Shown: positions 10,001 to 19,580 of the stretch, one piece after another
Position numbering within the stretch: position 1 is the first letter of the stretch
Layout of the letters: each line of letters opens with the position of its first letter
Origin: Paenibacillus sp.
GTDB taxonomy: Bacteria > Bacillota > Bacilli > Paenibacillales > Paenibacillaceae
DNA: 64,000 nucleotides
Assembly: GCA_039595515.1 (NCBI GenBank)
Contig: JBCNLJ010000010.1
Coordinates: forward strand, 18,197-82,196
Direction of reading: 5' to 3'
Position numbers and translations under genes: made by a program
The notes under the pieces: generated by a model
The model's input: the letters and a program-made list of their open reading frames with translations, nothing else
Told to the model about the DNA's origin: nothing
The model's database searches: none

Positions 10001-10912
10001 ATGATCTACACTGTAACACTCAACCCTTCTATCGATTACATCGTGGAAGTTGACGAACTGAAGCTTGGTGAATTGAACCGAATGAAGCGTGATTTGAAGC
10101 TTCCTGGCGGCAAGGGGATCAATGTATCCCGTATTTTGAACCAGCTTGGCGCGCAAAATACCGCCATCGGCTTTCTTGGCGGTTTTACCGGTCATTATAT
10201 TGATGACAAGCTGAAGCAGGATCAGATCGCAACAGACTTTGTGTTTATTAGCGATGATACACGCATCAATGTGAAGCTGAAGCATGGCGACGAGACGGAG
10301 ATTAACGGTCTGGGACCGGCGATCAGCACAGAGGAAGCGGATCAACTGGTAGACAAGCTGTCTGTACTCAAGCAGGGCGATGTGCTTGTACTGTCCGGTA
10401 GTGTTCCACCTTCACTCGGTGGCGACTTCTATGACCGTCTGATTGCTGTATGTAAAGAAAAGGGTGCTGAATTCGTTATCGATACGACAGGCAAAGCATT
10501 GCTCCAAGCATTACCACATGGTCCTTTGCTGGTGAAGCCTAATCATCATGAGCTGTCCGAGCTGTTTGAAACGGAGATTCATAGCCGTGAAGAGCTGATC
10601 GCACATGGACGCAAGCTGCTTGAGCTTGGTGCGAAGCATGTACTCATTTCGATGGCTGGTGACGGTGCATTGCTGGTGACGAAGGATGAAGTCTACCATG
10701 CGAACGTGCCTAAAGGTCAGGTGAAAAACTCGGTCGGCGCAGGCGATTCGATGATTGGTGGTTTTGTTGGCACATTGGTGCTCAGCAATGATCCGCTGGA
10801 AGCGTTCCGCACAGGTGTAGCATCCGGTAGTGCAACTGCATTTTCCGATGATCTGGCCGATCGTGCGAAGATTGATGAGCTGTTGCCACAGGTGACGATC
10901 ACACGTTTATAA
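10001..10912 (+). CDS. fruK: 1-phosphofructokinase (PfkB family)
   Basis: TVTLNPSID, GGKGINVS, LVKPNHHEL, NSVGAGDS. Confidence 0.95.
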   Translation: MIYTVTLNPSIDYIVEVDELKLGELNRMKRDLKLPGGKGINVSRILNQLGAQNTAIGFLGGFTGHYIDDKLKQDQIATDFVFISDDTRINVKLKHGDETEINGLGPAISTEEADQLVDKLSVLKQGDVLVLSGSVPPSLGGDFYDRLIAVCKEKGAEFVIDTTGKALLQALPHGPLLVKPNHHELSELFETEIHSREELIAHGRKLLELGAKHVLISMAGDGALLVTKDEVYHANVPKGQVKNSVGAGDSMIGGFVGTLVLSNDPLEAFRTGVASGSATAFSDDLADRAKIDELLPQVTITRL

Positions 10913-10993
10913 CTATATCGTAATCAATTCACACCGGGGCTGCTTGCTGAAGCGCAGTGGCCCGCGGTGATTGAGATTAAGGGAGTGTACACA

Positions 10994-12970
10994 ATGAGAA
11001 TTACTGATCTGATGATCAAGGAAGTTATGATCATGGACCTGCAAGCGGTTAGCAAAGAAGCAGCAATCGACGAGCTGATCGCCAGTCTGACCTCAAGCGG
11101 TCGTATCAATGATCCGATTCTGTTTAAAGAAATGATCCTGAAGCGCGAGGGCGAATCCAGCACAGGTATCGGTGGCGGTATCGCAATGCCTCACGCCAAA
11201 ACAAAAGCAGTGAATGAACCAACCGTTGTGTTTGCAAAAAGCACACAGGGTGTTGATTATGAATCTCTCGATGGTGAGCCTGCTCATCTGTTCTTTATGA
11301 TTGCTGCTCCGGAAGGCGCTGCCAATACCCATCTGCGCACGCTGGCTGCTCTGTCCAAGCTGCTCATTGATAGCGATTTCATCGCTCAATTGATGAATAC
11401 AACAACACCGGACGAGGTTGCTGCTCTGTTCGACGAGAAGCAAGCGGAAGCCGATGCCAAGGAGCAAGCGAAACAAGCGGCAAAAGCTGCAAAGGAATCC
11501 GAGCAACAACAAGAAAATGCACGCGAGCAGGAAGCGACAGCTTCACTGACGGGTGACGCTCCATTCGTCGTTGCGGTAACGGCGTGTCCAACTGGTATTG
11601 CGCATACGTTCATGGCAGAGGATGCACTGATCAAAAAAGCGCAGGAGATGGGCGTAGCCATCCGCGTAGAAACGAACGGTTCTGAAGGTGCAGGTACGCC
11701 GCTGACAGCAGATGAGATTCGCCGTGCAAGTGGTGTTATCGTCGCTGCTGACAAAAAAGTCGAAATGGATCGTTTCGATGGTAAGCCTGTATTGCAAAGA
11801 CCGGTTAGTGACGGTATCCGTAAACCGGAAGAGCTGATCCGCAAAGCGATGAATGGCGAAGCGCCTGTATATCGTAGCTCCGGTCAAGCTGTGAGTGGCG
11901 AAGAAAGCTCCGGCGAAAAAACAAGCGTAGGTAGCAAAATTTACAAAGACCTGATGAATGGTATTTCACATATGCTGCCATTCGTTGTTGGCGGTGGTAT
12001 CCTGCTGGCCATCTCGTTCCTGATCGAGCAAACAGCCGGCGAAAATAGCCAACTGTTCCAACTGCTGCAAACGATCGGTGGTGGTAAAGGCGCATTCTTT
12101 TTCCTGATTCCGATCCTTGCTGGTTTTATCGCAATGAGTATCGGTGACCGTCCGGCACTGATGCCTGGTATGGTCGGCGGTTTAATGGCAGTTAACTCGA
12201 ACGCTGGTTTCCTTGGCGGTCTGGCTGCTGGTTTCCTGGCTGGTTATGTTGTAGTCTTCCTGCGTAAACTGCTGAGAGGCTTGCCAAAAGCAATTGACGG
12301 TCTAAAACCGATTTTATTATATCCGGTACTTGGTTTGCTGATTACCGGTACGATCATGTACTATCTGTTTGATCCGATCTTTGGTGGTATCAACACATGG
12401 CTCGTTAACGTATTGAACAACCTGGGTACAGGTAACGCGGTTATTCTCGGTCTGATCCTCGGCGGTATGATGTCGATCGATATGGGTGGTCCGTTTAACA
12501 AAGCGGCATACACATTTGCCATCGGTGTATTCACATCGAGCGGTAACACGAACGGTATGATGATGGCAGCGGTTATGGCAGGCGGTATGGTGCCACCACT
12601 GGCAATCGCACTGGCAACAACATTCTTCAAAAATAAATTCACCGAGCAAGAGCGTAAGTCCGGTCTGACTAACTATGTACTCGGCCTATCCTTCATCACC
12701 GAAGGTGCGATTCCATTCGCAGCGGCTGATCCACTGCGCGTCCTGACTTCTTGCATCATCGGTTCTGCAGTAGCTGGCGGTCTGACTCAACTGTGGCACA
12801 TCAACCTGCCTGCACCACACGGCGGTATCTTCGTAGCTGCACTGGCAAACCACGCGCTGCTGTTCATGCTGGCAGTTATTATCGGCGCAGTCATTTCCGG
12901 CCTGATCCTCGGCGTATGGAAAAAACCAGTTGCCAAAAAGCTAGCAGAACAACAACAAAAAGCAGCATAA
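10994..12970 (+). CDS. fruA: PTS fructose-specific EIIABC
   Basis: IIA IAMPHAK, IIB VTACPTGIAHTFMA, IIC DMGGPFNK and ITEGAIPF. Confidence 0.95.
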   Translation: MRITDLMIKEVMIMDLQAVSKEAAIDELIASLTSSGRINDPILFKEMILKREGESSTGIGGGIAMPHAKTKAVNEPTVVFAKSTQGVDYESLDGEPAHLFFMIAAPEGAANTHLRTLAALSKLLIDSDFIAQLMNTTTPDEVAALFDEKQAEADAKEQAKQAAKAAKESEQQQENAREQEATASLTGDAPFVVAVTACPTGIAHTFMAEDALIKKAQEMGVAIRVETNGSEGAGTPLTADEIRRASGVIVAADKKVEMDRFDGKPVLQRPVSDGIRKPEELIRKAMNGEAPVYRSSGQAVSGEESSGEKTSVGSKIYKDLMNGISHMLPFVVGGGILLAISFLIEQTAGENSQLFQLLQTIGGGKGAFFFLIPILAGFIAMSIGDRPALMPGMVGGLMAVNSNAGFLGGLAAGFLAGYVVVFLRKLLRGLPKAIDGLKPILLYPVLGLLITGTIMYYLFDPIFGGINTWLVNVLNNLGTGNAVILGLILGGMMSIDMGGPFNKAAYTFAIGVFTSSGNTNGMMMAAVMAGGMVPPLAIALATTFFKNKFTEQERKSGLTNYVLGLSFITEGAIPFAAADPLRVLTSCIIGSAVAGGLTQLWHINLPAPHGGIFVAALANHALLFMLAVIIGAVISGLILGVWKKPVAKKLAEQQQKAA

Positions 12971-13043
12971 TGGATTCGAACTTTAAGCCTGAGCGGGTAT
13001 CTGCTTGTGCTGAATGATTCCTGACTTCTGCCATACAATGATC

Positions 13044-13096
13044 AAAGCCCGTTACGACGATATCCTTATGAGGATGCTAATCGTAGCGGGCTTTTT
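13044..13096 (+). terminator. Terminator after fruA
   Basis: AAAGCCCGTTACGA / TCGTAGCGGGCTTTTT. Confidence 0.8.
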
Positions 13097-13269
13097 GTTT
13101 TATAAGACAAGTTCATTTGTAGCCCAAAAAACAATTCATTTCGGGCAAAAGAAGCTATGAATATACATGAGTAATGAGTACAGATTCTAATATAGTGCAT
13201 TCCTTACCGAGTTCATATCTCCAAAACCTCACAAGCTGCAATTGCAAGAACAGAAAAGGCTCCAAGCTG

Positions 13270-14163
13270 TCACCGCTTCACCTGTCCTCGAATCATATTC
13301 ATAAAATGCCCCGCCGCCGCCCGAGGCGTCTCTCCCTTACGCAAACAAACCGCAATCGTATTATAGAGCTGCACCTCATCCACATACACCCGGCAGAGCG
13401 CTCCACGCTCTACCTCATCGCGCACGATCAGAGCAGACACAAAGTTCGCTCCATAGCCTGCAATGACCGCCTGAATCGCTTCATACAGACCGTTAAATTG
13501 GAGTGCAATCCGCGGAGCAGGCAAATTATGTGTGCGACATAAGGACAGCAGACGCTCCCTTGTCGAACTTCCCTGCTCACGCATAATAAAAGGCTCTGCC
13601 ATCATCTCAGTCAGCGAAACGTGACAATTGGCCAGATGATGCTGGGGAGCGACAACAAACCATAGCTCATCGCGAAATAGCTCCTCTGTCTGAATCCATT
13701 CCGTTTCTCGTTCTGTGACCCCGCCGTAAATAGCCAGATCCACCTGTCCATCAGTCAGCATACGCAGCGCATCCAACGAATTGGTCGTATGGATAGTTAA
13801 TTCAACTTGCTCAAACTGCTGTTTAAAACGCGCCAGCCAGCCCGGCAGCAGAAAATGCGCAGGCAAATATGTAGCGGCCAGCGAGATCGAACCAATCGTT
13901 CCCTGACCGATCTCCGTACAAAATTGCTCAATTTGCCGTTCTACTGCAAACAGACGTGTAGCCATTTCATGAATCGTAGAGCCTGCCGGGGTCAGACGAA
14001 TACCTCGCCCGGAAGGCTCCAATAGCTGAACACCTAACTCCTGCTCCAATCGCTTCACCTGCGCGGTGATCGCAGGCTGGCTAATTGCCAGCAACTCTGC
14101 TGCTCCAGTCACACTGCCTGTTGTCGCAATTGTCTCAAATAAACGCAAACCATGTAGATTCAT
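13270..14163 (-). CDS. LysR-family transcriptional regulator
   Basis: N-terminal HTH SVTGAAELLAISQPAITAQVKRLE, plus REQGSSTR. Divergent from an O-methyltransferase; AATCATA/TATGATT dyad upstream. Confidence 0.92.
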   Translation of the reverse strand: MNLHGLRLFETIATTGSVTGAAELLAISQPAITAQVKRLEQELGVQLLEPSGRGIRLTPAGSTIHEMATRLFAVERQIEQFCTEIGQGTIGSISLAATYLPAHFLLPGWLARFKQQFEQVELTIHTTNSLDALRMLTDGQVDLAIYGGVTERETEWIQTEELFRDELWFVVAPQHHLANCHVSLTEMMAEPFIMREQGSSTRERLLSLCRTHNLPAPRIALQFNGLYEAIQAVIAGYGANFVSALIVRDEVERGALCRVYVDEVQLYNTIAVCLRKGETPRAAAGHFMNMIRGQVKR

Positions 14164-14439
14164 AATAAGCTCCTTTCGTCAGGCCTGACTATATAAATCA
14201 TACATTAAAGTTATGATTGAAGCATAAAGATATATTATATTTATCGAATGAAAAGGGTTATGCTTTGTTCAGAGGCAGACGATAGGCAAATGAAAAAGCT
14301 AGCTCATCCGTGGAATCCGCCCGGGTATCCATTCATTCGATTTCATGATCGTACAGTATGCAATAGCTACTACCGATCATCCTATATGTATTCTTCAATA
14401 ACGATCGTCGCCTACTATAGAACAGGAGCGTGAACGATA

Positions 14440-15150
14440 ATGGCACATGGACAACGAAATAGAACTGACGCACAGCAGGAATGGTATGAAGTAGATCAAT
14501 ATGTAAACGAACGTCTTCATCTGAATCATGGTTTATTTGAACAAATTCTTCAGCGTAATCGAAAAGCGAATCTGCCACCGATTGATGTATCTCCGGCACA
14601 GGGAGCATTATTGCAACAGTTGATTACAATGTCAGGTACTCGGCGCGTCCTGGAAATTGGTACACTGGGCGGTTATAGTACGATCTGGATGGCACAAGCT
14701 TTACCAGCGGACGGACAAATCGTTACCCTGGAGCTGGAGGAGAATCATGCGGCTGTAGCACGAATTAACTTTGAGCAGGCAGGTGTGTATGAGCGAATCC
14801 AGCAACGTACAGGCGAGGCACTGGATCAATTGCAGCAGTTAGCTGATGAACAGACGGAGCCGTTTGACTTTATTTTCATCGATGCCGACAAGCCGAACAA
14901 TCCTGCTTATTTAAAATGGGCACTGCATTTCTCTCATCCAGGCACCATTATTTTTGCTGATAATGTAGTACGTGAAGGTGAAATTATTGATCCGCACAGC
15001 ACAGATCCGAGAATACGCGGGGTAAGACAATTTTATGATTTGATACATGCAGAGCCAAGACTGCGTAGTGTGACTACGATTCAGACAGTAGGCGAGAAGG
15101 GATATGATGGATTTTTGATGGGAATTGTAGGAGAGAGTGCGAAGTTATAA
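14440..15150 (+). CDS. O-methyltransferase (Methyltransf_3, caffeoyl-CoA OMT-like)
   Basis: VLEIGTLGGYSTIW, FDFIFIDADK, ADNVVREG. Confidence 0.92.
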   Translation: MAHGQRNRTDAQQEWYEVDQYVNERLHLNHGLFEQILQRNRKANLPPIDVSPAQGALLQQLITMSGTRRVLEIGTLGGYSTIWMAQALPADGQIVTLELEENHAAVARINFEQAGVYERIQQRTGEALDQLQQLADEQTEPFDFIFIDADKPNNPAYLKWALHFSHPGTIIFADNVVREGEIIDPHSTDPRIRGVRQFYDLIHAEPRLRSVTTIQTVGEKGYDGFLMGIVGESAKL

Positions 15151-15407
15151 GGAACTGAATTGTAGGAAGCAATCGGTAGGTATTAAGTCATTACGGTGAA
15201 TATGCTCTATACCATTGCTGATAGTGTTGCCAGATCGATTAGGTTATAGGGTCTGTAGATAACGCGATTATCTGTAGATTATGCTATTAAAGGATAAGAG
15301 CATGTAAAGACGACATAGCAGACGGATAATAAATAACTATAAAAGAGATCTAACAGCGGGATAGCATTATCCCAGCAAATATACTTGAATACAAAATATA
15401 TAATTCA

Positions 15408-15445
15408 ACACAAAAAGGGTGTCCCGCCGGGGTCACCTTTTTGTG
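15408..15445. terminator. Bidirectional terminator between convergent genes
   Basis: ACACAAAAAGGGTG / CACCTTTTTGTGT. Confidence 0.7.
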
Positions 15446-15472
15446 TATTTGCGCACCTTTTGTTTATGCGTT

Positions 15473-15558
15473 CTTATGAAGCTTTAGAAGCTCTTATAAA
15501 GCTTTAGAAGCTCTTATAAAGCTTTAGAAGCTCTTATAAAGCTTTAAGAGCTTTAAGA
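15473..15558. repeat. 20-bp tandem repeat
   Basis: GCTTTAGAAGCTCTTATAAA, three exact copies at 15481-15540 with degenerate flanking copies. Confidence 0.95.
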
Positions 15559-15646
15559 CCTGTTAAGATTTCTCAGACTTTTTAGTGATTTTTTTAGAGG
15601 TCTTTAATGATCTTCAATGATCTCTAATCCACGAAAGATTAACTTT

Positions 15647-16531
15647 TTAAACTTTAAGATTCAATCCAGCTTCCTCCCGCACAATATCCATCAATAAACG
15701 ACGCGATAATGGCAAATAATTCTGCTCGCGTGGCATTAACAAGCCGATGTTTAGCAATGGCTCCGCTAATGGAAATTCGAGCTGTACCATCTGTTCATCC
15801 AGAGGGGTAGAACCAAGCACAACACCAATGCTACCTGTCGCTATAGCCAGTGCAGGCACAGCAGATAGCTGACTGATCGTATGTGTGAAAGGCTGTAGCT
15901 GTAATCGTGAAAGCTCCTTTTCCAGTCGCAGATGATACAGACAGCTTCGTCCGCCGACAGTGAGCGGGTACTGCTGTAGATCGTCTGCTGTAAGCCTGCC
16001 TTTCCCTGCCAACGCATGCTGCTCATGCACGATAAACGTGATTCGTTCTTCGTATAAAGGTTCAAAATATAGCGAATCCATAACAGGCGGCTCACCGCAT
16101 AGTGCCAGCTCTATTCGTCGATCACGTAATAATTGTGCCAATGCATCCGTGTTACCTATCGTCAGCTCACATTGAATCCCGGGCTTATGCCGGGCAAAAC
16201 GCTGCATTGCCGCAGGCAATAATGTTGTACATGCACTCTCAATCATCCCGATTCGCAGCACTCCGCGTTCTTCCTGTTGTAGCTGCTGAGCCTGATCGCG
16301 TACATGCTGCCAGTGAGCAATCAGACGGTCGACCTCGGCTGCATAGATTTTGCCAGCTTCAGTTAGCTCGGCATCCCAGCCGCGCTTGAATAACTGAATG
16401 CCGAGCTCCTTTTCCAGGCGCTGAATCTGGTTAGTAACGGTCGACTGTGCATAATGAAGCTTATCCGCCGCTCGTGAGAACGTCCCCTCCTGAATGACCG
16501 TACGGAAGGTCGTTAATTCTTTTAAATCCAT
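15647..16531 (-). CDS. LysR-family transcriptional regulator
   Basis: MDLKELTTF, FSRAADKLHYAQSTVTNQIQRLEKELG. Divergent from the tautomerase-CMD gene. Confidence 0.92.
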   Translation of the reverse strand: MDLKELTTFRTVIQEGTFSRAADKLHYAQSTVTNQIQRLEKELGIQLFKRGWDAELTEAGKIYAAEVDRLIAHWQHVRDQAQQLQQEERGVLRIGMIESACTTLLPAAMQRFARHKPGIQCELTIGNTDALAQLLRDRRIELALCGEPPVMDSLYFEPLYEERITFIVHEQHALAGKGRLTADDLQQYPLTVGGRSCLYHLRLEKELSRLQLQPFTHTISQLSAVPALAIATGSIGVVLGSTPLDEQMVQLEFPLAEPLLNIGLLMPREQNYLPLSRRLLMDIVREEAGLNLKV

Positions 16532-16615
16532 GCTAATATCTCCATTCGATAAATTGAATTATATGTTTATTTATTTCAATTATACGAATGAAGTGAAGCG
16601 TTGTACACTTGTTCC

Positions 16616-16795
16616 TAGAGATAGAGATAGAGATAGAGATAGAGATAGAGATAGAGATAGAGATAGAGCAATAGAAACAGAAACAGTAACAGAAACAGTA
16701 ACAGAAACAGAAACAGTAACAGAAACAGTAACAGTAACAGTAACAGCCCAAGTTCAAGCCAAATCCAAATCCAAATTCAAATTTAAAGCTAAAGC
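16616..16795. repeat. Compound hexanucleotide microsatellite
   Basis: (TAGAGA)8 then TAGAGC, a mixed ACAGAA/ACAGTA run to about 16746, then CCAAAT/TAAAGC-type hexamers. Confidence 0.95.
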
Positions 16796-16964
16796 CTATA
16801 TGTATAGAGCAAAAGCTTTAAGTCATCGAATTTTTACTGAAGTGTTCAGATTCAACAATGGGAAGGCTTGGCAAAAGAATGAACTCTATAACAGATGATC
16901 AGGAACAGACACAAAGCTTGAGCAGAAGAAGTACATTTTATAACACAGACAGGAGCTAACCAAT

Positions 16965-17765
16965 ATGCCATTTCTAAGAACAGATTATCAGCAGCATGCC
17001 TATACCAGCGAGCAACTCAAGCAGATCAGCGAGGGATTGATGCAGGCGTTGCAGGAGCATTTTCAAGTGCCGGATAACGATTATTTTCAGGTGTTTCATG
17101 CGCATGAATCCGAGCAGTTTATGTATGACAATAGCTATCTGAATGTGGAGCGCAGTGAACGGCTGCTATACATTCAGATTACGCTTGGTTCGGGGCGAAG
17201 TGTGGAGCAGAAGCGAGCATTTTATAAGCGTGCTGCCGAACTATTAGAGCAGCAGGCGGGTGTGCGTAAGCAGGATGTCTTTATCGTCCTGCTGGAAACG
17301 GAGCTGCATGATTGGAGCTTTGGCAATGGAGAGGCGCAGATGATCGATCATTCTCCATCCACATTTAGTAGTCAGCAAGAGGCATCAACTTCTGACTATA
17401 TCGAGCAAAAGAAAACACCAACAGAAACACAACAACTAACACAAACGCCAACACAAGCAGCACCCGATTCTGATGTGCAGCAGGTATACGGCGAGCTGGC
17501 GCCTGATTTTGCCCGCTACAGTGAAGAGGTGTTGTTTGGTGATCTATGGCGAAGCCCGGAGTTAAGTCCGCGTGAACGCAGCCTACTCACTATCGCTGCA
17601 CTTGTTGCAGGTCGTCATTCCGGTCAATTGCCATATCATCTTAACCTCGCCCGACAAAATGGATGGAATGACAAGGAGCTTGCTGCTGCGATGACCCATC
17701 TGGCCTTTTATGCAGGTTGGCCAGCGGCAGCAGCCGGATTGCTGGTGCTGAAAGAGCAGGCATAA
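16965..17765 (+). CDS. Tautomerase (Pro-1, MSAD/YusQ-like) fused to carboxymuconolactone decarboxylase-like domain
   Basis: MPF start (Pro-1), GRSVEQKRAFY, DWSFGNG; Q/T-rich linker; CMD motifs LFGDLWRSPELSPRERSL and HLAFYAGWP. Confidence 0.85.
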   Translation: MPFLRTDYQQHAYTSEQLKQISEGLMQALQEHFQVPDNDYFQVFHAHESEQFMYDNSYLNVERSERLLYIQITLGSGRSVEQKRAFYKRAAELLEQQAGVRKQDVFIVLLETELHDWSFGNGEAQMIDHSPSTFSSQQEASTSDYIEQKKTPTETQQLTQTPTQAAPDSDVQQVYGELAPDFARYSEEVLFGDLWRSPELSPRERSLLTIAALVAGRHSGQLPYHLNLARQNGWNDKELAAAMTHLAFYAGWPAAAAGLLVLKEQA

Positions 17766-17864
17766 TCGAATCTGTAGCGTCGTTGTCGTTATACGGGGGA
17801 AACGAAACGTGAATTTTAATTAGTAATGCTGAATCTGTGACCGTACAAACTGCATACGTATAAC

Positions 17865-17893
17865 AAAAGCCGCCCTGATCAAGGACGGCTTTT
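17865..17893. terminator. Bidirectional terminator
   Basis: AAAAGCCGCCCT / AGGACGGCTTTT. Confidence 0.7.
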
Positions 17894-18032
17894 AGGTAGA
17901 TGGTATATGTCCAATCGTGTAGGGTCATGTTCAACTACCAATTCTAAGCGGTGCATTACCTGAATACATGGCTCCTGAATGCATCACGCTTATGCTGTTG
18001 CTGAATCAGACGTCTCAACAACGAATCCTACT

Positions 18033-19223
18033 TTATCCACTCGTCGGGTTGGCCTTCAAGCCAAGCGTCATCACAAAAGCAATCAACAAAATAACACAGC
18101 CTGCCACAAAGGGAGCGAACATATGCAGATCAAATAAACCGCCTGCCAAAAGTGGCCCTATAATATTGCCCATACTCATGTACGCATTGTTCATACCCGC
18201 CACATAGCCCTGCTCCGTTCCAGCCATTTTGGATAACTGTGTATTTAAAGCCGGACGCAGCATCGAGGTGGCAAAGAAAATAGTGGAAGTGAGCAGCAAT
18301 ATGCTCCAAAAACCGGTTGCCAGCAGCAATACGATATACGCGAGTGACGTTGCCAGCAGACAAGCTTTGATCACCCTCGGCTCACCAAACCGTTTCATCG
18401 TTCGTGCCACAAGGAAAGCCTGCATAACGACGCCAATGATAGCGCCGGTAGTCAAAATAACGGCAATATGCTGTGGTGAGAACTGGAAACGTTTCGTTAC
18501 ATATAATCCAAGCACCGATTCAAAATTAGCCAATCCAAACGTCATCACCAGCACAAGTATAAAGAGTGGCGTATACTTCGATTGCAGCGATTTTGCGTAT
18601 TGTTTGAGCAGGGACGGTTGTGGAGTACGATTAGCGCGTGCGGCCTGTCTATGCTGCTTCGATACACTTTCCGGCAAACAGAAGATGGAAAAGATAACGC
18701 CGATTATCGCTGCCCCTGCTGCTACCCAGAGTGGAACGCGTGTGCCATAGCTGGCAAGCATACCGCCAAGCCCTGGTCCAATGACAAATCCGGCAGACAT
18801 AGCAGCACTTAACAGGCTGTTTCCTCTGGCGCGCTGCTCGGTCGTTGTAATATCAGCCACATAGGCCATCATCGGAGGCACGATCAAAGCTGCTGCTACA
18901 CCTTCCAGCAATCTGGACACGTACAGCATCCATAATGCATCGCCAACTGCAAAGATTAATTTGGCGATCGCAAATACGATAACACCGATAACGATAAAAA
19001 TTTTCCGTCCGAAGCGATCTGACTGTCGTCCTGTTATCGGAGAAAGGAGAAACTGCGTAATTCCATAAGCAGCTACCAGCAGTCCAATCGCCTGTCCGCT
19101 GGCTCCAAATTCGATGATAAGCTGTGGCAAGATTGGTGTGATCAGTCCTACACCTACCATGACGATGAATATGTTAATCATAAGAACGGCGAGTATCCGA
19201 TTGGGATTAGTAAATGTAAACAT
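18033..19223 (-). CDS. MFS multidrug efflux pump, Bmr/Blt/NorA (DHA1) family
   Basis: GLITPILP, motif A GRQSDRFGRK, GFVIGPGLGG, about 12 TM segments. ATG 19223 follows AGGAGG. Confidence 0.9.
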   Translation of the reverse strand: MFTFTNPNRILAVLMINIFIVMVGVGLITPILPQLIIEFGASGQAIGLLVAAYGITQFLLSPITGRQSDRFGRKIFIVIGVIVFAIAKLIFAVGDALWMLYVSRLLEGVAAALIVPPMMAYVADITTTEQRARGNSLLSAAMSAGFVIGPGLGGMLASYGTRVPLWVAAGAAIIGVIFSIFCLPESVSKQHRQAARANRTPQPSLLKQYAKSLQSKYTPLFILVLVMTFGLANFESVLGLYVTKRFQFSPQHIAVILTTGAIIGVVMQAFLVARTMKRFGEPRVIKACLLATSLAYIVLLLATGFWSILLLTSTIFFATSMLRPALNTQLSKMAGTEQGYVAGMNNAYMSMGNIIGPLLAGGLFDLHMFAPFVAGCVILLIAFVMTLGLKANPTSG

Positions 19224-19530
19224 AGGGAGACCTCCTGCTTTGTGCAATAGTTTGTGGATCGTATGTGTCTGAATCTGTACGACGGACCATGCAAAAAACC
19301 TCCATATCCAAACATCGCTGGATAGGAGGTAGGCAGACGAACAGTAAGACAGACTGCTCTTTTACGAGCAGCCGCAGTCCACTATTGCTATAAAAAGCCA
19401 TACTAATCCTATCCGCACATTCGTAATGCTACAAACGAAATGTTTTGTTACGGAAGTAGGATTAGTAGATCATTGGCTTGAAGTCACCCTTTCGGTATGT
19501 GTTGATATGATCATACCATCGTTGTGATGA
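19224..19530 (-). promoter_or_regulatory. Structured attenuator-type 5' leader of the efflux gene (two terminator-like hairpins)
   Basis: Extended -10 TGGTATGAT near 19510-19518. Hairpin 1 at 19397-19477 followed by U5; hairpin 2 at 19298-19330 followed by U6. Confidence 0.7.
19462..19473 (-). CDS. Putative 3-codon leader peptide MIY
   Basis: AAAGGGTGA RBS (19484-19492), then ATG ATC TAC TAA, lying inside the 5' arm of hairpin 1. Confidence 0.45.
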   Translation of the reverse strand: MIY

Positions 19531-19580
19531 GGTTGTATATGAGGCATTTGGATGTATTGTCCTACCGATTAACGGATGGG

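Noticed and set aside
15481-15540. 20-bp repeats as a mini-CRISPR or iteron origin
   Set aside because: There are no spacers and no adjacent rep or cas gene.
16494-16898. 134-aa ORF with RD/TE/TV dipeptide runs (and the antisense CY/IS ORF 16533-16757)
   Set aside because: These are translations of the hexamer microsatellite. The ORF overlaps the LysR start and has no convincing RBS.
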